Below are positions 18,857-25,731 of a stretch of DNA of 45,159 bases, in pieces. Origin of the DNA: Candidatus Dormiibacterota bacterium (lineage in GTDB: Bacteria; Chloroflexota; Dormibacteria; Dormibacterales; Dormibacteraceae); the NCBI GenBank assembly GCA_035653475.1, contig DASRBU010000137.1:1-45159 (forward strand). Direction: 5' to 3'. Made by a program: the position numbers and the translations under genes. How positions within the stretch are numbered: position 1 is the stretch's first letter; each line of letters begins with the position of its first letter. Under the pieces are notes generated by a model. It was not told the origin of the DNA. It searched no databases and saw nothing but the letters and a program-made list of their open reading frames with translations.

Positions 18857-19648
18857 TTGGTAGTCGTCGTCACCCTCGAATCGATCGTGCTGTTGAGCCT
18901 CCTGGTGCTGGTGGCCGGACTGTTGCGCAGCCACGCCGACATCCTTCGTGCCCTGCACCGGCTCGGAGTGGGCCCGGAGGATCTCGCCGCCGAAGGGCCG
19001 GCCCCGGCGCCGACAGTGAGGCTTCCGGCTCCGGCCCAGGCCGGGGCGGCGACCCGAGCCCACGATCTTGCCGGCCGCACTCCCGCAGGTGAGTCGGTGT
19101 CGGTGTCACTCTCGCAGCGCGACGCCGGCGGACGGGCCCCGGACACCCTGTTGGCCTTCCTGTCCAGCGGATGCGGCACCTGCGCCGCCTTCTGGTCGGC
19201 CCTCACCGAGGGCGCCCACCGGCGCTCGTTCGCCGGGCGGGTCCTGGTGGTCACCCGCGATCCGGCCGAGGAGCGTCCCGGCGCCTTGGCCCAGCTGGCC
19301 CCCGCGGACGTCACCGTGGTGATGTCCAGCCGGGCCTGGGACGACTACGCCGTACCCGGCTCGCCCTACTTCGTGCTGGTCGACGGCCGGGACGCCGCCG
19401 TCACCGGGCAGGGGACGGCGTCGCGGTGGGACCAGCTGGAGGAGCTCATCGGCCGGGCCAGTACCGACCGGCAGACGGCTGGTCCGGCCGCCACCGGCCA
19501 CCAGCCGGCCTCGGCCTGGACGACCGATGCCGAGCGGGAGGCCCGAGCCGACCGCGAGCTGCTGGCGGCGGGGATCCACCCCGGGCACCCGAGTCTGTAT
19601 CCGCCGGCGCTGGCCGAGGACGAGGCGCCGGCCGCACCGACAGCGTGA
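18857..19648 (+). CDS. mauD: MauD-like membrane-anchored thioredoxin-fold protein
   Basis: TTG start after AAGGAG, N-terminal TM helix then LLRSHADILRALH, LLAFLSSGCGTC (CxxC, 19172-19183), and YAVPGSPYFVLVD cis-Pro loop. Confidence 0.8.
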   Translation: MVVVVTLESIVLLSLLVLVAGLLRSHADILRALHRLGVGPEDLAAEGPAPAPTVRLPAPAQAGAATRAHDLAGRTPAGESVSVSLSQRDAGGRAPDTLLAFLSSGCGTCAAFWSALTEGAHRRSFAGRVLVVTRDPAEERPGALAQLAPADVTVVMSSRAWDDYAVPGSPYFVLVDGRDAAVTGQGTASRWDQLEELIGRASTDRQTAGPAATGHQPASAWTTDAEREARADRELLAAGIHPGHPSLYPPALAEDEAPAAPTA

Positions 19649-20349
19649 GCGGGGCCATCTGGTGGGCGGGTGCCGCCCTGGCCCTGGCCGCCGGGCTGCG
19701 CTCGACCTGGTCGCCCTGAGGGGAGTCGATGCTGGCCAGCATCCACCCTCTCGGTGAGAGGGCGCGCAACAACCGATGGTGGCTCACGGCCACCGCCTTC
19801 GCCGCCGCCTCCGGCCTCGGTGGGGCTCTGACCGGCCTCACCGCCGCCATGGCTGGCGCCCTGCTCCACCCTCTATCGCGGGGGCCGATCATCGGGGCGG
19901 CGGTCGCGGTCTGCGCCCTGGCGGGCGCCGCCGACCTGGCCGCTCTCCGCATCCCTTCTCCAGCCCGGCAGGTGAACGAGGACTGGCTGGGCACCTACCG
20001 GGGCTGGGTGTACGGGGCCGGCTTCGGCATCCAGCTCGGCACCGGGTTGGCGACGATCGTGGTGTCCGCCACCGTTCCGGCGGCCTTCGTCCTGGCCGCC
20101 CTGGCGTCGGCCAGCACGGTCGGGCGGGTCAGCGGGATCGTCGACGGGACGTCCATTGGGCTGGTGTTCGGGGCCGCCCGGGCCCTCCCCCTCCTCGGCG
20201 CCGGCCTGATCCGCCGCTGGGAGCAGCTGCGGCGGTTCCACGGCCGCATGGCCGGCGCCGCCGGCCTTGCCCGCCTGGGTGGTGCCGGGGCCGCCGGCCT
20301 GACCGTGCTCGGCCTGGTCGTCTTCGGCTTCGGGCCCGGATCGCGGTGA
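19645..20349 (+). CDS. mauF: MauF-like (DsbD/CcdA-type) membrane protein, candidate selenoprotein with UGA at codon 25
   Basis: GTG overlaps the mauD stop (GTGA). MSGAIWWAGAALALAAGLRSTWSP-TGA(19717-19719)-GESMLASIHPLGER continues in frame into ORF 19729-20349 (RQVNEDW, YG.GFG.QLG.G..T). The TGA occupies the WSPCG Cys position. Confidence 0.8.
19718..19762 (+). promoter_or_regulatory. Candidate bacterial SECIS stem-loop(s) immediately 3' of the UGA
   Basis: GATGCT-GGCC-AGCATC (19728-19743) and CCCTCTC-GGT-GAGAGGG (19746-19762). Both have G-first apical loops. Confidence 0.5.
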
Positions 20350-20801
20350 GCCGGCTGTCAGCCCAGGGCATCACCGTGGACGTCCCCGCCGGATGGGACG
20401 TCCGCATCTACCTGCGCGACGCCGTCCCCGGCGAGACGACCCACGCCGTCCTTCACGCCGCGACCTTCCCCCTGCCCGGCCGACGAGGTGACTACGGCTC
20501 GGGGGCGGTCGAGGCAATGGGAAACGACGACATATTCGCCGCCATGGTCGAGTTCGACCCGGCCCACGCCGGTGACCGCCTCTTCGCCGCCGCCGGCGTG
20601 CCGGTACGCCTTCCGGCTCAGAGCTTCTCGCCGAGCTCCCTACAGCGCCGCATATCCGGCCAGCTCGGCACCCAGCGCTTCTTCCACGACGCCGGGCGGG
20701 CCTTCTGCCTCTACGTGGTCCTCGCCGGCGCCGCCGCCGGGCTGGCCGACGAGGCGTCGAGCTTCGTGGCCGGCATCTCCATCTCCGGGCACCGAAGTTG
20801 A
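20346..20801 (+). CDS. Hypothetical protein in the mau-like operon (151 aa)
   Basis: GTG overlaps the mauF stop (GTGA). Globular sequence MSRLSAQGITVDVPAGWD...HAATFPLP..RGDYGSGAVE...QRFF...GRAFCLYVVL. Confidence 0.82.
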   Translation: MSRLSAQGITVDVPAGWDVRIYLRDAVPGETTHAVLHAATFPLPGRRGDYGSGAVEAMGNDDIFAAMVEFDPAHAGDRLFAAAGVPVRLPAQSFSPSSLQRRISGQLGTQRFFHDAGRAFCLYVVLAGAAAGLADEASSFVAGISISGHRS

Positions 20802-20867
20802 CCAATCGGCATCGGGCGGCACCGGCCGTCCGCACGTGGCGCCCGTCCCGTCCCGCCCGCGAGGGGG

Positions 20868-21425
20868 GTGTCCTCGGTGGGTAACGGGGCCGACCTTCTC
20901 CTTGGTCCGCCGGCGGTGATCCTGGTGGTCGCCGGGGTGGCGAAGGCCCTGCGCCCGTTCGACACCGCCCGCGCCCTGGCCACCCTCTGGTCGCCGCTGG
21001 CCCCGATGGTGAGGCCCCTCGCCGTGGGGGAGATCGCGGTCGGGGTGGCGGTGCTGGCGGTGGGCGGGCGGCCGGGCGCCGTGGCTCTGGCGGTCAGCTA
21101 CGCCGGCTTTGCCGCCTTCCTCGGCTGGGCCCTGACCACCAGCCGCCCGGTGTCCACCTGCGGATGCTTCGGCGAGCCCGACACCCCCGCCACCGCCAGC
21201 CACATGGTCGCCTGCCTGGCGCTGGCGGCCGTCGGCCTGGCGGCAGCGGCGACCGGCCCGGTCGCCCCCGTGGCGCTGGCTCTGGCGAGGTCATTGGCCT
21301 CGGACCCCACCGGCGGCCCCGCCCTCGTGGTCCTCCTCGGCGCCCTCACCTACGCCCTATACGTACTCATGGCCCTCCTGCCCCGAACGGTCGCCGCCCG
21401 TCGCGCCGCAGGGGGGCGATCGTGA
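20868..21425 (+). CDS. mauE: MauE/DoxX-family redox-associated membrane protein
   Basis: AGVAKAL, GEIAVG, STCGCFG motif (21159-21167), ~5 TM helices. Confidence 0.88.
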   Translation: MSSVGNGADLLLGPPAVILVVAGVAKALRPFDTARALATLWSPLAPMVRPLAVGEIAVGVAVLAVGGRPGAVALAVSYAGFAAFLGWALTTSRPVSTCGCFGEPDTPATASHMVACLALAAVGLAAAATGPVAPVALALARSLASDPTGGPALVVLLGALTYALYVLMALLPRTVAARRAAGGRS

Positions 21426-22816
21426 CCAGTTGGCTGGTCGAGCGCACAGGAGCGGCCCTCGCCCGCCGCACCAGCCGGAGGGGCTTCCTCGCCCGCAGCT
21501 CGCTGGCGGCGACCGCCCTGGCGGTGGCGCCGGCGGAGTACATCCTGCGCCCGGTGAGCGCGTACGCCGCCGTGTGCCACTGCGCCCAGTCCAACTGCCA
21601 CTGCGGTCAGGGTTGCTGCGACGGGTACACCGACTTTTGTTGCACCATCAACCACGGGTCCAACACCTGTCCACCGGGCAGCTTCGCCGGCGGCTGGTGG
21701 AAGGCTGACGGGTCCGCCTTCTGCAGCGGTCCCCGTTACTACATCGACTGCATGGCCGAGTGCGACTGCACGGGCGGCTGTGGTGAGGGGGGAATCTTCT
21801 GCGGGCCGTCCTGTGACGGGCTCGACTGCCAGTGCGCCCACGGTGACTGCAACCACCGGGCGGTGGGCTGTGTGAGCTTCCGCTACGGCCAGTGCCACAC
21901 CGAGGTCGCCTGCACCGGCCGCATCGTGTGCCGGATGGTCACCTGCACCCCCGCCTACCTGGTGGACAACTCGTGCAGCACCAGCTCCTTCACCGACGAG
22001 GCCACGGCCAACCACAACGACGGATGCCTCCAGGCCCCGCCGGTGGTGGTGCGCAGCTTCGGCTTCGCCCCCCGCACGGGCGGGGGAGTGTGGATGTGCT
22101 CGCTGGACGGCGGCGTGTTCACCTTCGACGGGGCTCCCTTCCTCGGCTCGATGGGAGGAAAGACCCTGTCGGCGCCGGTGGTGGCCATGGCCTCGACCCC
22201 GACCGGTGGCGGCTACTGGCTGGTCGCCTCCGACGGCGGGGTGTTCAACTTCGGCGACGCCGCCTTCCTCGGATCGATGGGCGCCCGCCAGCTCTACGCC
22301 CCGGTGGTCGGCATGGCGGCCACCCCGACCGGTGCCGGCTACTGGCTGGTCGCCTCCGACGGCGGGGTGTTCTGCTTCGGCGATGCCGGCTTCCACGGCT
22401 CCATCGGTGGCACCACTCTGACCGCCCCGGTGGTCGGCCTGGCCCCCACGCCCACCGGTCTGGGCTACTGGATGGTCGCCTCCGACGGCGGGGTGTTCAG
22501 CTTCGGAGACGCCGGCTTCTTCGGATCCATGGGGGCCAGGGACCTCTCGGCCCCGGTGTGGTCGATCGTGGCGACCCCGTCGGGCCAGGGCTACTACCTG
22601 CTGGGCCAGGACGGGGCGGTCTACACCTTCGGCGACGCCGTGTACCGGGGGTCCTACCGCAGCGCCCCGCCCGACGCCTCGCTGCTCGGCGGGGGGGTCG
22701 ACTCCTTCTATGGCATGACGGTGCAGGGGGTCGTCGACCAGATCAGCGGCTACACCCTCTTCGCCACCGCAGGCCGCCAGCAGCCTCCTCCGCAGCTGCG
22801 CCAGTACAGCTTCTGA
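21422..22816 (+). CDS. Tat-exported Cys-rich MauA (amine dehydrogenase light chain)-like protein fused to 42-aa repeats
   Basis: GTG overlaps the mauE stop. Tat motif SRRGFL; 26 Cys between 21575 and 22027; NTCPPGSFAGGWW...YYIDC resembles MauA CPPG...W...YRDC; C-terminal GYWLVASDGGVF repeats. Confidence 0.8.
   Translation: MTSWLVERTGAALARRTSRRGFLARSSLAATALAVAPAEYILRPVSAYAAVCHCAQSNCHCGQGCCDGYTDFCCTINHGSNTCPPGSFAGGWWKADGSAFCSGPRYYIDCMAECDCTGGCGEGGIFCGPSCDGLDCQCAHGDCNHRAVGCVSFRYGQCHTEVACTGRIVCRMVTCTPAYLVDNSCSTSSFTDEATANHNDGCLQAPPVVVRSFGFAPRTGGGVWMCSLDGGVFTFDGAPFLGSMGGKTLSAPVVAMASTPTGGGYWLVASDGGVFNFGDAAFLGSMGARQLYAPVVGMAATPTGAGYWLVASDGGVFCFGDAGFHGSIGGTTLTAPVVGLAPTPTGLGYWMVASDGGVFSFGDAGFFGSMGARDLSAPVWSIVATPSGQGYYLLGQDGAVYTFGDAVYRGSYRSAPPDASLLGGGVDSFYGMTVQGVVDQISGYTLFATAGRQQPPPQLRQYSF
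22085..22660 (+). repeat. 126-bp (42-aa) coding repeats, ~4.5 copies
   Basis: Units start at 22085, 22211, 22337, 22463 and 22589. Confidence 0.92.
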
Positions 22817-22826
22817 GCGATCAGGC

Positions 22827-23492
22827 TCAGCTGGCGACCGAGGCGCTGGCCCGGGCCCGGGCCCGGGCGATGGAACCCGATCGCAGCCGGTCGAGGCTGA
22901 TGCTGAGCGCCTCGAGCTGCTCGGCCTCCCAGAGCAGGTGGTGCCGGATCGCCGGACTGCGCTCGGCCGCCTCTCGCATCGCCGCCGACCGGGCCTCCAG
23001 CCGGCTGCCCAGCTCCTGGACCGCATAGATGGCCTGGCGAAGGGTGAGGTGGACGCGGCGCTCGGCGAAGTCCTGCGCCGGCTCGGCCGGCACATCGCCC
23101 CCTCGGTCGGAGTCGGGCGGGTCGGTGTCCGCCGAGCCTGACGACCTCGGCGGCCGGAGTGGCTGGTCGGAGGGGCGCTGGGGGCGGTCCTCCGACCCGG
23201 TCTCGTCAACCACCCCGACGTCCGACGTGGCGGCCTCTGCGGCCAGGACGGGCAGGCGGGGCCCGCACAGTCCCCGCAGCTCCTCGGGGAGCCTGGCCCC
23301 CCTCGCCAGTCCCAGCTTGCGCCGGATGCCCTGCTTGACCGACTTCACCGTGCCCTCGCCTATCCCGAGGCTTCGGGCCAGGTCCTCGGTGCGGAGACCC
23401 TCGGCGGTCAAGATGGCCACCTGCAGCTCGCGGGGTGACAGGGGGCGATTGGCCCCTATGGAAGTTTCGGGGGCATCTATCCGTATCGTCAT
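22827..23492 (-). CDS. LuxR-type HTH regulator with a C-terminal helical domain
   Basis: LSPRELQVAILTAEGLRTEDLARSLGIGEGTVKSVKQGIRRKLG. Start set at MTIRID. Confidence 0.8.
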   Translation of the reverse strand: MTIRIDAPETSIGANRPLSPRELQVAILTAEGLRTEDLARSLGIGEGTVKSVKQGIRRKLGLARGARLPEELRGLCGPRLPVLAAEAATSDVGVVDETGSEDRPQRPSDQPLRPPRSSGSADTDPPDSDRGGDVPAEPAQDFAERRVHLTLRQAIYAVQELGSRLEARSAAMREAAERSPAIRHHLLWEAEQLEALSISLDRLRSGSIARARARASASVAS

Positions 23493-23928
23493 GTCCACCA
23501 GCTCCGGCAGGCTCGGAGACGCCTCGGTGTTCGGGCTCCAGGCACGGCTCGTCCAGAAGTTTCGGACATGAGTGTATGGATCTGGAGTCTGTCGTGGGGC
23601 GATGGGCGGTCCCGGTGACCACGGCCGCCCGGTACGGAGGTCGGGCCTTCCGGGTCCGGACCCCGCCGTGACTGCCCAGCAGTAAGAGAAGTAATCGAAA
23701 AGGGGCGCAAGCGCCTGCTTGCCGCGGCGAGCGCGGGGGCGCTCGACCTGCCGCGAGCGCCGGTGGGGGGAGATGCCGGACGGTGGTCGGTGGCCACGGC
23801 GGGGTAGAGCGAACGGGGGGAGCTGTAACCGTCCCAATGGAGGTCCTTGCCGCCGGTATCCGGGAGGGGCAGATTGGGGTTCTCGAAATCGGCGAAGTGC
23901 AGCCCCAGGGCTGTGGAACGGGGGATGA

Positions 23929-25659
23929 ATGGACACACGTCCTTACGACGGTGGGCCGAGTAGGCGGCACCGCCGCTCCTTGGGCCTGGCTGCCATCGGA
24001 GTGGTGGTCGCCATGACGGCGGCCGCCTGCGGCTCAAGCAAGAACAACGGCTCGGCCAACGGCACCACGTCGTCGACCGCCGCCAGCAGCGGCGGCGTCA
24101 AGCTGGCTCAGTCCGGCGGGCCCGGAGAGGGCCCCTATCCCTGGAAGTACCCGGCCTCGGGCACCGTCACGGTCGGGTCGGGGACCACCATCAGTGGAAC
24201 CTCCTGCTCCTCGGGCGCGCCCCAGTTCGACTCCCCCTACGCCGCCCCGTGCATCTCCAAGTGGTCGGGCAACAACGGCGGGGCCACCTACAACGGGGTG
24301 ACGGGCACGACCATCACCCTGGGCCGGCGGATGTTCCCCTCCACCGCCAACGGCCAGCAGACCGCGGCGGTGGCAGCCAGCCAGGGGCTGGCCCTTCCCC
24401 AGGTCACCGACCAGGTGCGCCAGGTCTTCCTCAACTACTTCAACAAGGTCTATGACCTGTATGGGCGCCAGGTGGTGATCCAGCCCTATCAGGCGAGCGG
24501 CAACTACACGGCCGAGCTGCTCAACGGGGGCCAGGCCCAGGCCTGCGCCGACGCCGACAAGGAGGCGAACCAGATGCATGCGTTCGCCGACTCCGGTCTG
24601 GTGGATGACAGCTTCGAGGGCGGCGGCACCGGGGTCTTCTCCCAGTGCGCGGCCCAGGACAAGATGGTGGAGTTCCTCGGCGGTGGCTACTTCGACGAGT
24701 CCTGGTACCAGCAGTACAACCCCTACGTATGGGACACGGTGCAGGAGTGCGAGCGCATAGCCACCATGCAGGCCGAGGTGTTCGGGACGCTGGTGGCCGG
24801 ACAGAAGGCGGTCTACGCCGGTGACGCCAGCCTCAAGACCCAGACCCGCAAGTTCGGGACCTATGTCCCCAACCTGCCGGAGTACCTGCACTGCACTGAC
24901 ATCTTCAAGACCGACATGACCGGCAAATACCACGTGCCGCAGTCCGCGATCAGCACCGTGTTCACCTACGGGCTGGACATCTCCACCTTCCAGCAGTCGG
25001 CCCAGCAGGCCATCGTTCAGTTCAAGGCGGCCGGGGTGACCACCATCATCACCGCCTGCGACAACTTCTCGCTGGCCCTGCTGACCAAGGCCGCCGCGAC
25101 CCAGAACTACCACCCCGAGTGGTTGCTCATCGGCACCGCCGGCGACGACACCGACACCGCGGCCCAGACCTACGACCAGTCGGAGGTGGCCGGCCACCTG
25201 TTCGGCCAGTCCGAGGCCGCCCCTCAGAACACCTACTTCGGGCCCAACTCCCCGGCCGGCAAGCTCTACCAGAAGCTGACCGGGCACCAGATACCGGCCG
25301 GCACCGACGGGAACTACGGAGCGCTGGTCTGGATCTTCGACGCCCTGCAGGCAGCCGGACCCAACCTGACCCCCCAGACCCTGGCCGAGGGAGTCCACGC
25401 CCTGCCCAAGCTGGGCGCCCCGGACTACGTGTACGGAGGCTGGTCCTGGAACACCGGGCCGACGGGCCAACCGGGCTCGGGCGACCACACCGCCATCATC
25501 GATGACCGGTTCGTGTACTGGGACGCCAACGCCACCTCGCCGGTCAACGGGAAGAAGGGCACCTACGTGGCCGTCTTCAACGGCCAGCGGTACTCCCTGG
25601 GCAACTGGCCCTCCAGCCTGCCCCCCCTGTTCACGGCGGCGGGGTCAACCGGCACCTAA
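23929..25659 (+). CDS. ABC substrate-binding lipoprotein (type 1 periplasmic-binding fold, Liv-like)
   Basis: Lipobox AAAC, NGGATYNGVT..TI.LG, QFKAAGVTTI, LQAAGPNLTP. First gene of a Liv-type operon. Confidence 0.85.
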   Translation: MDTRPYDGGPSRRHRRSLGLAAIGVVVAMTAAACGSSKNNGSANGTTSSTAASSGGVKLAQSGGPGEGPYPWKYPASGTVTVGSGTTISGTSCSSGAPQFDSPYAAPCISKWSGNNGGATYNGVTGTTITLGRRMFPSTANGQQTAAVAASQGLALPQVTDQVRQVFLNYFNKVYDLYGRQVVIQPYQASGNYTAELLNGGQAQACADADKEANQMHAFADSGLVDDSFEGGGTGVFSQCAAQDKMVEFLGGGYFDESWYQQYNPYVWDTVQECERIATMQAEVFGTLVAGQKAVYAGDASLKTQTRKFGTYVPNLPEYLHCTDIFKTDMTGKYHVPQSAISTVFTYGLDISTFQQSAQQAIVQFKAAGVTTIITACDNFSLALLTKAAATQNYHPEWLLIGTAGDDTDTAAQTYDQSEVAGHLFGQSEAAPQNTYFGPNSPAGKLYQKLTGHQIPAGTDGNYGALVWIFDALQAAGPNLTPQTLAEGVHALPKLGAPDYVYGGWSWNTGPTGQPGSGDHTAIIDDRFVYWDANATSPVNGKKGTYVAVFNGQRYSLGNWPSSLPPLFTAAGSTGT

Positions 25660-25684
25660 TAACCAGATACTCCCATCCGATAGC

Positions 25685-25716
25685 GGGAGGAGGGCGGCCA
25701 TGGCCGCCCTCCTCCC
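25685..25716. repeat. Perfect 32-bp palindrome (intercistronic hairpin)
   Basis: GGGAGGAGGGCGGCCA-TGGCCGCCCTCCTCCC between the SBP and permease genes. No U-tract follows. Confidence 0.85.
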
Positions 25717-25731
25717 TCCTCAAGAGGATCG

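Noticed and set aside
19729-20349. Treating ATG 19729 as the sole start of the MauF-like gene
   Set aside because: This would discard the coupled GTG start, the first TM helix and the WSP[C/U]G motif. It is kept only as a possible reinitiation product.
22085-22660. 126-bp periodic repeats as CRISPR or non-coding repeats
   Set aside because: They are in-frame coding repeats with synonymous variation.
18857-22816. Calling the locus a canonical methylamine dehydrogenase cluster
   Set aside because: No mauB, mauG or amicyanin gene is present, and the second TTQ Trp is missing.
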